64,000 bases of DNA from positions 38,912-102,911 of the forward strand of contig CAYUPO010000001.1 in NCBI GenBank assembly GCA_964446685.1, written 5' to 3'. This DNA comes from an uncultured Gammaproteobacteria bacterium. Lineage in GTDB: Bacteria > Patescibacteriota > Microgenomatia > Daviesbacterales > UBA10151. Below the pieces are notes generated by a model. It was given only the letters and a program-made list of their open reading frames with translations, was not told the origin of the DNA and did no database searches. Below, piece after piece: positions 1 through 9,528 of this stretch. A program made the translations under genes and the position numbers. The number at the start of each line of letters is the position of its first letter. Within the stretch, counting starts at the first letter, position 1.

Positions 1-469
1 TTGTCTGAGGACCTTTCTGATTTTTATGCGGTAAACAAAGAATAGTGCCACTAGTAGTCACAATCCCTGTACCCTTAGGTGACTCCTCCTGATTCAGAGA
101 ACAGTCAGCAAAACTGGTCTGCTCCCCTTCCTGAATAAAAGCCGTAACACCTTTAGTCCAAAAAACAAACATCTCGTCCTCTGAGGCATATCTTTCTCCA
201 GAAGCTGTTACAGCCTGCTTTACTTCCTTTTGTCTGCCATCACTCAGTTTTAGTAAAACTTTGTCTGATTTAAACTCAGCATCAATTTTTTTATTATCCT
301 GGCAAATAAAACTCATTTTTCTGGTGACTTCAGGTGAAGTATGACTACCAGTCTCAGGTAAAGCTTTAATATCTTTACTTTTAATATAGAGAGCGGCAAA
401 AATCAGACTAATTACCAATATTATAGAAAGATGAACCCGGTGAGATTTAAAATATTTCAAATAACGCAT
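1..469 (-). CDS. MliC-like (membrane-bound lysozyme inhibitor of C-type lysozyme) domain protein, 3' end truncated by window edge
   Basis: Open reverse frame from ATG (rc) at ~467-469 running off position 1 without a stop. Translation has N-terminal signal/TM, then ...KMSFICQDNKKIDAEFKSDKVLLKLSDGRQKEVKQAVTASGERYASEDEMFVFWTKGVTAFI..., which matches the MliC consensus (Y.C......L.L....SASGARY.....FWSKGDEA). Not in ORF track because no stop in window. Confidence 0.5.
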   Translation of the reverse strand, partial: MRYLKYFKSHRVHLSIILVISLIFAALYIKSKDIKALPETGSHTSPEVTRKMSFICQDNKKIDAEFKSDKVLLKLSDGRQKEVKQAVTASGERYASEDEMFVFWTKGVTAFIQEGEQTSFADCSLNQEESPKGTGIVTTSGTILCLPHKNQKGPQT

Positions 470-553
470 TCTAAATAAACCGTAGCAGATTTAAAATGAA
501 GTTACAATAATTGCAGAAACTAAAACGGAAATCAATTATACGAAAAGTTAAAA

Positions 554-2287
554 TCAACTTCCAAATGTAAAAGCATAAGTTTCAATACCTTCTGAGAAAC
601 GTAATTCCAACTGATGTTCACCGGGATTATTTTTTAAATTTACCAATTCATATGGCATATCTTTATCAACTAAAACCTCTCCATTTTTGACATCTTTGCC
701 ACTCAGGGAATAATCTATCGGTTTTCCATCAAGTAGTACTGTCACTTTTCCAGGAACTGATCCTGGTTTCATCACCAGGTAAACTTTGCCCGCGACAAAC
801 TGATAGCTAATGACTGAATCCGCCTCGGCTTTGGCAAAATAATCTGAGACTGACCATTGTCCTCCGAAAGAAAAATGATTGAGTGTTAGCTTGGGATCAA
901 CTGAATAAGATTTACTACCATTTGCTGCCTTTCCACCGGGGGACAAATAAAGCATTCGTTTGGATCCCAGATAGGTTTCTGGTGATAGTTCGATATCAGG
1001 CGTTTCATCCGGCAGACTGGTTAGTTCAGTATCAACCTCTGCTCCGGCTTCTTTAAGCAGCAATTGAATTGCCTGTTCCATTTTGTCATACTCCCCTTCT
1101 CCGAAATGAACCCGTCTGATCACACCTTTTGCATCAATCAAATATTCAGCCGGCCAATACCGGTTGGAGTAAGCATTCCAGGTCGCATAGTCGTTGTCCT
1201 GAGCTACCGGATAATGAATATTATATTGTTCAATAGCCTGTAAAACATTCTTGGTGTCCTTTTCAAAAGCAAACTCAGGTGTGTGAACACCTACGACGAC
1301 AAAGCCGTCATCTTTGTATTTGTCATACCAGGCAGTGACATGCGGCAGAGTCCGGATACAGTTGATACAGGTGTAAGTCCAAAAATCAACCAGCACTACT
1401 TTGCCTTTTAAATCAGCCATTGATAATGATTGCTCTGGGTTTAACCACTTGCTAATGCCTGTAAACTCCGGAGCAGGTGTATTGGTATTGAGCAGTTCTG
1501 TGGCATTTATTTCAGGACCGGTTTTTCCGGTTAATCTGGACAGTTGTTCAGTCACAGCTGAATTGCTTTCAAAGCCATTTAATGCCTGACCAAACTGAGG
1601 GAAAATTTCTAGTAATTTGACCTGGATCACTTTGTCATAATTAGTAAATATGGCGAGTGCGGTCAGTATCATAATGACGCCAAATACCTGCTGGATCCGG
1701 GCGGTATACTGGGAAATTCCGCGTGATTTGGTAATTAACTGCTGCCCGCCATAAGCAAAGAAAAAAAGCGGAATTCCAACTCCTGTAACATAAGCTAAAG
1801 TGACAAGCACTACTTCAAATGTAACCTGGCCGGTAGCAGCAAGTGTTGCTATAGAAGCGAGAATCGGTCCGGCACAGGGTGACCAGACTATCCCGAGAGA
1901 CAATCCGGTGACAAAACCTCCCAAAAAGCCATCATTCTGGGTTTGACCTGAAGTATTAAATAAACTGCTCAGTTTGGAAACTAAGATTTCAAATTTAACC
2001 ATCAAAAATGGCACGATCATGGTCAGCCCCAAAAAACCAATTACCACAACAGCCACCAGGCGCAAAATATTTGGATCCAGTCCAAACAACCTGACTAGAT
2101 AAGAAACAGCCAAAGTAAAAACCGTAAAAGACAGCATCACTCCAAGAGTAATCCCCAAAGGCCGCTTATGACTGGTACTTTTACCGGCAATAGAAGAGGA
2201 CAAAATAATCGGCAACAAAGGCCAGATGCAGGGAGCAAGAATAGTGACTAGGCCTGAGATAAATGCGAAAAATAAGAGTAGTATCAT
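554..2287 (-). CDS. DipZ-like cytochrome c-type biogenesis/thiol-disulfide transporter: CcdA/DsbD transmembrane domain fused to thioredoxin-like (TlpA/ResA) domain and a C-terminal beta-rich domain
   Basis: N-terminal polytopic region with the two conserved CcdA cysteines (LAPCIWPLLP, WSPCAGPIL). Periplasmic thioredoxin fold with CXXC (WTYTCINCIRT). About 180 aa extra C-terminal domain, as in mycobacterial DipZ. Confidence 0.75.
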   Translation of the reverse strand: MILLLFFAFISGLVTILAPCIWPLLPIILSSSIAGKSTSHKRPLGITLGVMLSFTVFTLAVSYLVRLFGLDPNILRLVAVVVIGFLGLTMIVPFLMVKFEILVSKLSSLFNTSGQTQNDGFLGGFVTGLSLGIVWSPCAGPILASIATLAATGQVTFEVVLVTLAYVTGVGIPLFFFAYGGQQLITKSRGISQYTARIQQVFGVIMILTALAIFTNYDKVIQVKLLEIFPQFGQALNGFESNSAVTEQLSRLTGKTGPEINATELLNTNTPAPEFTGISKWLNPEQSLSMADLKGKVVLVDFWTYTCINCIRTLPHVTAWYDKYKDDGFVVVGVHTPEFAFEKDTKNVLQAIEQYNIHYPVAQDNDYATWNAYSNRYWPAEYLIDAKGVIRRVHFGEGEYDKMEQAIQLLLKEAGAEVDTELTSLPDETPDIELSPETYLGSKRMLYLSPGGKAANGSKSYSVDPKLTLNHFSFGGQWSVSDYFAKAEADSVISYQFVAGKVYLVMKPGSVPGKVTVLLDGKPIDYSLSGKDVKNGEVLVDKDMPYELVNLKNNPGEHQLELRFSEGIETYAFTFGS

Positions 2288-2291
2288 AATT

Positions 2292-2343
2292 TAATTTCTA
2301 ATTTCTAATTTCTAATTTCTAATTTCTAATTACTAATTACTAA
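2292..2343. repeat. Tandem 9-bp repeat (TAATTTCTA x5, then ATTACTAATTACTAA) immediately upstream of the DipZ-like start codon
   Basis: Direct reading: taatttctaatttctaatttctaatttctaatttctaattactaattactaa. Further inverted copies of the same word lie at ~2385-2430 (atttctaatttgaaattatttagaaattagaataattagaaatt). Confidence 0.8.
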
Positions 2344-2473
2344 ACAATTTCTAAATCCAAATATCAAAAAAATAAATGATTTCTAATTTGAAATTATTTA
2401 GAAATTAGAATAATTAGAAATTTTCTCATCTCTCCCCGGTGAATACCAGGGAGATGAGATCTGTACTTTCATC

Positions 2474-3091
2474 TTACTTCGGTAAGAGGACAGTATCAAT
2501 AACGTGGGTTACCCCGTTTGAGGAAATAACGTCAGCGATGGTTACCATAGCTGATTCGTTGATCCACCATTTGCCATCTTTCATATTGAAAGTCAGCATC
2601 TGGCCATTAACTGTTTTAAGAGTCATGCCATCTTTCATATCAGCTGCCCGGTATGCACCTGGGACTACATGATATGTCAAAACTCCCGCCAGTTTAGTTT
2701 TATTCTCTGGTTTTAAGAGAGTATCAACTGTTCCAGCTGGTAATTTATCAAAAGCGGCATTTGTCGGTGCAAAAACGGTAAATGGTCCGGCTCCTTTCAG
2801 AGTTTCAACCAAACCGGCTGCTTTAACAGCAGCTACCACTGTAGTGTGGTCTTTTGAATTTACCGCGTTGTCTACTATATCTTTATCAGGAGTCATCATT
2901 GCTCCGCCAACCATTACGCCACCTGGCATAGCTGAAGGCTGAGACATTTCAGAAGTCTGATTCATAGGAGATGATTGCATTGTTGTTTTAGAATCAGCCA
3001 TCATTGAGTTATTTTTATTCATCATTAGCCATCCTCCAACTCCAACAACTGCGATTACTGCGACGATTGCAATTATTATTTTTGAATCCAT
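2474..3091 (-). CDS. Fasciclin (FAS1) domain protein with N-terminal membrane anchor and Met-rich linker
   Basis: FAS1 H1/H2 boxes (TVFAPTNAAFDKLPAGTVDTLL, VLTYHVVPG). N-terminal TM helix. Met-rich stretch MMADSKTTMQSSPMNQTSEMSQPSAMPGGVMVGGAMM. Confidence 0.7.
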   Translation of the reverse strand: MDSKIIIAIVAVIAVVGVGGWLMMNKNNSMMADSKTTMQSSPMNQTSEMSQPSAMPGGVMVGGAMMTPDKDIVDNAVNSKDHTTVVAAVKAAGLVETLKGAGPFTVFAPTNAAFDKLPAGTVDTLLKPENKTKLAGVLTYHVVPGAYRAADMKDGMTLKTVNGQMLTFNMKDGKWWINESAMVTIADVISSNGVTHVIDTVLLPK

Positions 3092-3286
3092 ATTTGTTTA
3101 AATCCGAAATCCTAAATCAGAAATTCGAGACAATATGAATTGTTTCGTTTTTCGGGATTCGTGTTTCGAATTTTTATTTCTCACCTCCTTTATTTTTTGT
3201 TGCCTATGTGAATAGTTAACTTAGTTAAGTATATCTCAGAAAAAACTCAGGTCAAGTATGGGATTTGTAAGAAGAGAGGATAAAAG

Positions 3287-3424
3287 TACTAATTTCTAAT
3301 TACTAATTTCTAAACAATGACTAATGAATAAATGTCTAAGTAGTTTGGTCATTAGTATTTGGGATTTGTTTAGTAATTTAGAAATAAGCAAAGCTTGCGA
3401 CTTCGCCTTTAGTAATTAGAAATT
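3287..3424. promoter_or_regulatory. Promoter-proximal repeat element (AATTTCTAATTACTAATTTCTAA + AATGACTAATGAATAAA) with inverted partner copies, between the MarR 3' end and the fasciclin start
   Basis: tactaatttctaattactaatttctaaacaatgactaatgaataaatg at ~3287-3330. Inverted copies ttagtaatttagaaat (~3370-3385) and tagtaattagaaatt (~3410-3424). The same composite motif recurs at ~27262-27313 upstream of the MFS gene. Confidence 0.45.
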
Positions 3425-3886
3425 TTAAGAATTATTTACTATTAATGAAAGAACTTTGATGTATGTGCGTAGTTCATCTGGGGTGATGCCTTTGAGAAGT
3501 TTGGCCATCAGTTTTTTAACTTCTGGTTCAGTTTTTTTGACTATTTTATTGCCATTTGGAGTAATGGAAATAACTTTGGCTCTTTCATCAGTGCTATCAG
3601 CTGATCTTTGGATTAAGCCTTTTTTCTCTAAGTTTTTAGCTAGTTTAGTAACCATTGGCGGGTCATAACTTAAATATTCAGCGAGAACCGCTAAACGCAT
3701 TTTGCCATGTTCATGTAACTGACCCAAAAGTTTCCATTCCGGAATAGAAACATTATACGAACTCAGAGCTCTACTCAGTGCATCCTGAAGTGCGTTATAG
3801 GCTTTACCTTGTAGCAGACCAGTACTGTAGGCTTTTAGTTGAATCAGATCAATATTCAATAATTCTAATATTGGATTTTTATTCAT
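3425..3886 (-). CDS. MarR-family winged-helix transcriptional regulator
   Basis: 153 aa. wHTH region LAEYLSYDPPMVTKLAKNLEKKGLIQRSADSTDERAKVISITPNG is typical of MarR. Divergent from the glycosyltransferase locus and directly upstream of the repeat-bearing fasciclin promoter. Confidence 0.7.
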   Translation of the reverse strand: MNKNPILELLNIDLIQLKAYSTGLLQGKAYNALQDALSRALSSYNVSIPEWKLLGQLHEHGKMRLAVLAEYLSYDPPMVTKLAKNLEKKGLIQRSADSTDERAKVISITPNGNKIVKKTEPEVKKLMAKLLKGITPDELRTYIKVLSLIVNNS

Positions 3887-4143
3887 ATACTTTAGTAACT
3901 AAATTAATTAACTAGGTTAATATTATATGTTTTTTTCTTACTTTCTGCAAGTTTGTGCTCAAATATACTAAAAAACAGCATAATTCTTACATTATTCTTA
4001 ACAATTATTTTTAAAATTAACTACAACTCAACAATTGTTTGAATTTGCTAAATAAGCTGAAGTGTTATATAGTATTAATCTCATAGTTAGTTAGACAACT
4101 CGTCGTACTATTTTCAACTTTTAGTCTAATCAGTCATTTATAT

Positions 4144-6348
4144 ATGAAAATACACGGACTCTCATTGGTAATCTTTTCGCATAATCATTTTGATTCTCTC
4201 CCTGCTCTTTTAGAACAGATCGATAAATCTCTGTTAAGTAAAGGCCTGCCTTATGAGGTGATCTTAATGGATAAAGCTGAGGCCTCTGAAGACCAAACTG
4301 TTATTCGGAATTTATCTTCAAGCTATCCACTGACACACTCTAACCAACATCATGGTCAGTCAAAGTCGGCTCAACTGATAAAGACTTTTTCTAAAACCAA
4401 GTATGATCTGATCGGAATTTTAGATCTACCTCTGGGATATTCAGCAGATATTATTCCGGAAATGATAAAGAAGCTGGAAAATGATCAGGCGGATATTATG
4501 ATTGTCCATCGCAATAAAATGAGCTGGTCAAGCCGGTTTTTTGGTGTTCTGGCTGATGGAGCAAATTATGATATTCATTCAGGGCTTAAAATTTTTAAAA
4601 AGGAGATTGTTGAGAGACTCTATCCTCATTTTTCCCCGATCTCATTTGATCTGGAATTTTTGGCCAAAGCAGCGGATGCTGGGTATGTATTGGAGAAATT
4701 TGATGTTGAAGTGGAACATTCCTCCCTGGTCCCCAAAAAATCACATGATTCTTTCTGGAAGCTGACTCTGTCACATTTTCTGGTTCGTTATCTTCGGTCT
4801 GATGTAATCCCTTTTCATCCGGATACAGTAGCGGCCAAAGGCAAAGGGTTTCATTACAAAGGACAGGAATTTGTCCATCATTCAAATTTAAAACCTTCAC
4901 AAAGTGCAATTCATCGACTGTCTGGAATGCAGATGTTTATTTTGCTGGGCATTTTGGTCGAAGTTGTGATCTTCTTTATTATTAACTGGCATGTGGCGCT
5001 AGTAATTCTGATCGCCATGCTGACTTGTTTATATTTTGCTGATTTATTGTTTAATCTGTTTTTGATTTACCGAAGCTTTTCCAAGCCAGCTGAAGTTCAG
5101 ATCGAGCAGTCGGAGATTGATGATGTAAATGACTGGCCGACTTATACTATTTTATGTCCGCTCTATAAAGAATGGCAGGTGGTACCGCAATTTGTGACCG
5201 CCATGAGTCATCTGGATTACCCCAAAAGCAAGCTACAGGTGATGCTGCTTTTAGAAGAAGATGACAAAGACACTATCAAAGAGATCAACAATTATGATCT
5301 GCCCTCCTATTTTCAGACAGTGATCGTGCCAGATTCCAAACCAAAAACCAAACCAAAAGCTTCAAATTACGGACTTTTACAAGCTACCGGAGAATACATT
5401 GTTATATATGATGCCGAAGATGTGCCAGATCCATTACAGTTGAAAAAAGCAGTTGTCGCTTTTAGAAAATCCGGTCGGAGAATTAAATGCATTCAGGCAA
5501 AACTAAATTTTTACAATCCGCATCAGAATTTATTAACCCGAGTTTTTACTGCTGAATACTCACTTTGGTTTGATCTGGTTTTGACCGGACTGCAGTCAAT
5601 TCATGCCCCGATTCCTCTGGGTGGTACATCTAATCATTTTAGAAAAGCCGACCTGGTCAAATTAAATGGCTGGGATTCTTTTAACGTGACCGAAGACTGC
5701 GATCTGGGGATGCGACTGGTGAAAGCCGGTTTTCAGACAGCTGTCATCAACTCCACTACACTTGAGGAAGCTAACAGTGATATGGCCAACTGGTTTAGCC
5801 AGCGGACCAGATGGATTAAAGGTTACATGCAAACTTATCTGATCCATATGCGGGATCCTCACCAGTTTTTGAAAAACTGGCGCGAACCTCACGCTATAAC
5901 TTTTCAGTTGGTAGTGGGAGGAAAAGTGTTGTCGATGTTTATCAATCCGCTGATGTGGGTGATTACTTTAATGTATTTTATGTTTAGAGCCAATATCGGC
6001 ACATTTATCGAATCATTCTTCCCGGCTCCTGTTTTGTACATGGGTGTCATCTCTCTGCTGCTGGGTAACTTTTTGTATATCTACTATTACATGATCGGCT
6101 GTGCCAAACACGGACATCATGAACTAGTCAAATACGGCGTTTTTATTCCTTTCTACTGGCTGGCGATGAGTGTGGCCGCCTGGATGGCTTTTTATAAACT
6201 AATTGTGGCTCCTCACTACTGGGCCAAAACCAAACATGGACTTCACTTGAATAATGCCAAAGCTGTAAACCATGCCAGTCAGGCAATCGGCCAGCAAAGT
6301 CTGGTTGATAAAGATCTCACACATGTCCGTTTAAATCCGGCTATTTAA
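4144..6348 (+). CDS. Dual-domain family-2 glycosyltransferase: N-terminal degenerate GT2-like region plus C-terminal processive beta-glycan synthase domain (NodC/HAS/CesA/PgaC type) with TM helices
   Basis: C-terminal half carries D,D,D,QxxRW signature set: YDAEDVPD, VTEDCDLGMRL, QRTRWIKG. Several TM helices between and after domains (FILLGILVEVVIFFIINW...; LMWVITLMYFMF...). Confidence 0.7.
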   Translation: MKIHGLSLVIFSHNHFDSLPALLEQIDKSLLSKGLPYEVILMDKAEASEDQTVIRNLSSSYPLTHSNQHHGQSKSAQLIKTFSKTKYDLIGILDLPLGYSADIIPEMIKKLENDQADIMIVHRNKMSWSSRFFGVLADGANYDIHSGLKIFKKEIVERLYPHFSPISFDLEFLAKAADAGYVLEKFDVEVEHSSLVPKKSHDSFWKLTLSHFLVRYLRSDVIPFHPDTVAAKGKGFHYKGQEFVHHSNLKPSQSAIHRLSGMQMFILLGILVEVVIFFIINWHVALVILIAMLTCLYFADLLFNLFLIYRSFSKPAEVQIEQSEIDDVNDWPTYTILCPLYKEWQVVPQFVTAMSHLDYPKSKLQVMLLLEEDDKDTIKEINNYDLPSYFQTVIVPDSKPKTKPKASNYGLLQATGEYIVIYDAEDVPDPLQLKKAVVAFRKSGRRIKCIQAKLNFYNPHQNLLTRVFTAEYSLWFDLVLTGLQSIHAPIPLGGTSNHFRKADLVKLNGWDSFNVTEDCDLGMRLVKAGFQTAVINSTTLEEANSDMANWFSQRTRWIKGYMQTYLIHMRDPHQFLKNWREPHAITFQLVVGGKVLSMFINPLMWVITLMYFMFRANIGTFIESFFPAPVLYMGVISLLLGNFLYIYYYMIGCAKHGHHELVKYGVFIPFYWLAMSVAAWMAFYKLIVAPHYWAKTKHGLHLNNAKAVNHASQAIGQQSLVDKDLTHVRLNPAI

Positions 6349-6384
6349 AAATTTTAAAGCAGGTGCTTTAGTCTTTTAGCTCTT

Positions 6385-7665
6385 ATGAAAATAAATAATT
6401 CCTCAGTTTTAATATCAGGCACTACCCTGGCGTTTGCAGTGATGTCAGCCAATGTGATTAATCTTTTTTTTAATGCTTATTTAGGCCGGGTTATTTCCTC
6501 AGAAGAATTTGGTGTATTGGCTTTGATTAATACATTTATGTATTTTGGGTCACTTTTTTATAACGCTGTTGGAGGTATTACCAACCGGGAAGTAGCTTTT
6601 CTGGATAAGGATTTATCAAATCAGGAAGGAACAGTTTTTTTTCTTTCCCTGACCAAACAGTTAATGATCGTCAACTGTGTCCTGGCCATAATTTGGATTC
6701 TGTTGGTCCCTTTTTCAAGCAGCTTTTTTCATATCAGTGACCCGACAATTTTTTATCTGTTTACTCCCCTATTTATTTTGTATCCCCTGGCTTTTTTGGG
6801 CAGAGGGTACTTACAGGGAAAACTACTATTTGTGCTAGCTGGTGTAACTATTTTTATTGAGCCGCTAATCAAATTACTCAGTGCTTATTTTTTGCTGGCT
6901 TTTGGAATGCATCAGATGATTTATCTCTCAATATATATTTCAGCTCTACTGACTGGAATAATCACTTTTTATCTGGCCTGGAAAAGAAAACCGGCACTCT
7001 CCCAAATTTCCAGTGTCCCTTTTCCATTTACTTTTTTTGGAGCAGCCTTACTCTCTGGTATCTCAACCATCTCTTTTCTGGCACTGGATATGATCTTGGT
7101 GAAACATTACCTGCCACCTGATCTGGCCGGACAATATGCATTTTTGTCCTTGCTGGGGAAAATTATTTTCTTTGCTGGATCGCTGCTAAATGTTTTTACT
7201 ATTTCACTAGTCAGCCGCGAGGCCAGTCATCAGAAAAATCCTTTTGTCTCTTTTTATCTGCTCCTTTTAGGAAGTTTTGTGTTAGCAGCTAGTGGAGTGA
7301 TCGTTTTTGGAGTATTTGGTTATTTTTCAATCCCTCTTATTTTTACTGAAAAAGCCAGTGTTGTGGTTCCTTTTGCACTGCCATATCTTATTGCAATTGC
7401 TCTTTTTACTCTGGGTAACACCATCGTCACTTATCATCTGGCACTTAAACAATATCTCTTTGCTGTTCTAAGTGTGATCATGTCAGTATTTTTAATTGGA
7501 GGCATCATTATTTATCACACAACTATTACAGATGTTGTTTATACTCTACTGTTAGTAAGCATATTTTATAGTCTGGTTTTGGCTCTGGCTCATATCAGAC
7601 AAAACTTTTTCTCACCACGTGTTGCACTAACATCACTGGAAAAAATATCCGAGGAGGTCATATGA
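6385..7665 (+). CDS. Polytopic membrane protein, Wzx/MATE-like oligosaccharide flippase family
   Basis: 426 aa, about 12-14 predicted TM helices, no soluble domain. Stop overlaps start of next GT2 gene (7662/7665). Context is a glycan locus. Confidence 0.45.
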   Translation: MKINNSSVLISGTTLAFAVMSANVINLFFNAYLGRVISSEEFGVLALINTFMYFGSLFYNAVGGITNREVAFLDKDLSNQEGTVFFLSLTKQLMIVNCVLAIIWILLVPFSSSFFHISDPTIFYLFTPLFILYPLAFLGRGYLQGKLLFVLAGVTIFIEPLIKLLSAYFLLAFGMHQMIYLSIYISALLTGIITFYLAWKRKPALSQISSVPFPFTFFGAALLSGISTISFLALDMILVKHYLPPDLAGQYAFLSLLGKIIFFAGSLLNVFTISLVSREASHQKNPFVSFYLLLLGSFVLAASGVIVFGVFGYFSIPLIFTEKASVVVPFALPYLIAIALFTLGNTIVTYHLALKQYLFAVLSVIMSVFLIGGIIIYHTTITDVVYTLLLVSIFYSLVLALAHIRQNFFSPRVALTSLEKISEEVI

Positions 7666-8570
7666 CAGAAAAAACATCCGTCTCTATTTGCGTGCCCGCC
7701 TACAATGAAGAAAAAAATATTGAAAAAATATTGCTCGCTCTGTTAGCTCAGAAAACGAATAAAATAGCTATCAATAAAATAGTGGTCGTCTCCTCTGCCA
7801 GTACTGACAAAACAGATGACATTGTAAAAAAATATACTACTGAATATCCGCAGGTAATACTGATCCAGCAGAAAAAAAGAGAAGGCAAAGCTGCAGCTAT
7901 TAATGCCTTTTTAAAAATCACCACTGACCCTTTAATCGTCATCGAAAGCGCTGATACTATTCCCCAGCCAAATACCATCGAACACCTCTGTCTGCCCTTT
8001 TTACGCGACCAGAATATCGGCATGACAGGCGGCGCCCCGATCCCGGTCAATGATCCAAAAACTTTTTTGGGATACATCATCCATACCTGGTGGTGGTTTC
8101 ACCGCAATATCCCCCGTTTTGGAGAGATTATTGCCTGTCGAAACATCATCGAAGCCATCTCCCAAACCACCGCCGTTGATGAAGCCTACATCCAGGCCAA
8201 GATGATCCAGATGAATTTGAAAGCCGTCCATGTCGATGAAGCGATCGTTTTTAACAAAGGTGCAGAAACTGTAAAAGATCTAATTAAACAGCGAAGAAGA
8301 GTTTTTAATGGTCATGCCCGACTTTTAAATAAAGAAAATATTAAAATAGATAATATGACTAAATCAACTTTAAAACTTTTACTTTTTAAATTTCCGATTA
8401 ACAATTTTAAAGAATTAGTATGGTTGGGTTGTGGAATTTTAATTGAGTTATATTCTCAATTGCTAGGTATGTATGATTTGAAAATAAATAAGAAAAATCC
8501 ATTTATTTGGGATACTGCCAAAACAACAAAAAATTTAAAAAAGAAAAGAGCTTATGATTTTATTTCTTAA
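7662..8570 (+). CDS. GT2 family glycosyltransferase (3' ~250 bp compositionally different, possibly mosaic)
   Basis: N-terminal SICVPAYNEEKNIEKILLALLAQ. GAGGAGG Shine-Dalgarno at ~7651-7657. GC drops sharply from ~42% to <25% near 8320. Confidence 0.65.
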   Translation: MTEKTSVSICVPAYNEEKNIEKILLALLAQKTNKIAINKIVVVSSASTDKTDDIVKKYTTEYPQVILIQQKKREGKAAAINAFLKITTDPLIVIESADTIPQPNTIEHLCLPFLRDQNIGMTGGAPIPVNDPKTFLGYIIHTWWWFHRNIPRFGEIIACRNIIEAISQTTAVDEAYIQAKMIQMNLKAVHVDEAIVFNKGAETVKDLIKQRRRVFNGHARLLNKENIKIDNMTKSTLKLLLFKFPINNFKELVWLGCGILIELYSQLLGMYDLKINKKNPFIWDTAKTTKNLKKKRAYDFIS

Positions 8571-8583
8571 TTAACTAAATTAT

Positions 8584-9528
8584 ATGATTTCAATAATTAT
8601 TCCGGTAAAAGGTCATCGTATCATTGATAGATTATTAACTAAACTTTCAGAAATCCCAAAACCAGAAGATACTGAGATATTAGTTATAGATGCAGCAAAA
8701 GGGACCCTTAATGATATTAAAAATAAATTTCCTCTGGTTCGATGGTTATATTATAAATCTAATTATAAACAATCAATATCTGAGCAAAGAAATTTTGGCT
8801 TACTTAAGTCTAAAGGAGATATTATTGTTTTCATTGATGCTGATTGTATTCCGACAAATTCTTGGTTATTAAATTTGATAAACCCAATAAGAAAAGACAA
8901 TGAATCGGTAACCTCCGGTAAAATTATTTCAATGTCTAAGTATCCTTTAAAATGGAAGTTTGATTATGAACTTCTTAAATCAACCCGATACTTACTTTTT
9001 ATTCCAACCATGAATTCTGCATTTTTAAAAAGAGTTTTTAATCAAATTGGAGGATTTGATAATATTTTTAAATATGGAGGTGAAGATGGGGATATTAGCA
9101 TTAGATTACATGAACAAGGATTTAAAATTCGTTATGTACACAATGCAGAAATTTATCATGACTGGGGCGATATAAATAAAAACATCAAGCGAATATTTCT
9201 ATACGGAAGAGCCAACTTTGTTTTAATTTTCAAACACAAATATAAACTTTTTAAATATATAAATTTAATTGAAGTTTCTGCATTTCCCATTTATTTATTT
9301 TTTTTACCAATTACATTATTTTGGCCACTATACTTACTGTTTCTGATTATCCCTTTTTTTAAAGGATTAATTAAAAGTTATTCACTTACTTATGCTCTTG
9401 AGAGTGTTGTTTATGGTTTGTTAATGGGTTCTGGATTTATATTTCAATTTGTTAATTCCTTATTTTTGCCCAAACAAATACAAACTGTTCCTTTAATTAA
9501 AGTATCAAATATTTCACACAAAATATGA
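8584..9528 (+). CDS. GT2 family glycosyltransferase with C-terminal TM helices
   Basis: ISIIIPVKGH... and DxD-like FIDADCIP. C-terminal hydrophobic segments. Very AT-rich coding. Confidence 0.6.
   Translation: MISIIIPVKGHRIIDRLLTKLSEIPKPEDTEILVIDAAKGTLNDIKNKFPLVRWLYYKSNYKQSISEQRNFGLLKSKGDIIVFIDADCIPTNSWLLNLINPIRKDNESVTSGKIISMSKYPLKWKFDYELLKSTRYLLFIPTMNSAFLKRVFNQIGGFDNIFKYGGEDGDISIRLHEQGFKIRYVHNAEIYHDWGDINKNIKRIFLYGRANFVLIFKHKYKLFKYINLIEVSAFPIYLFFLPITLFWPLYLLFLIIPFFKGLIKSYSLTYALESVVYGLLMGSGFIFQFVNSLFLPKQIQTVPLIKVSNISHKI

Noticed and set aside
1401-1589. Short plus-strand ORFs (1401..1589, 2439..2672, 3456..3668, 4541..4765, 4595..4909, 5662..5892, 7748..8231, 8690..8872, 9944..10132, 12340..12528, 14448..14834 and similar) nested inside or antisense to larger genes
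   Set aside because: All are shorter than 130 aa and embedded in or antisense to longer ORFs with clear family signatures. None has a recognisable motif or RBS.
2292-2343. Possible CRISPR array (short direct repeats)
   Set aside because: Units are 9 bp with no unique spacers and no cas genes nearby. This is a simple tandem repeat, not CRISPR.
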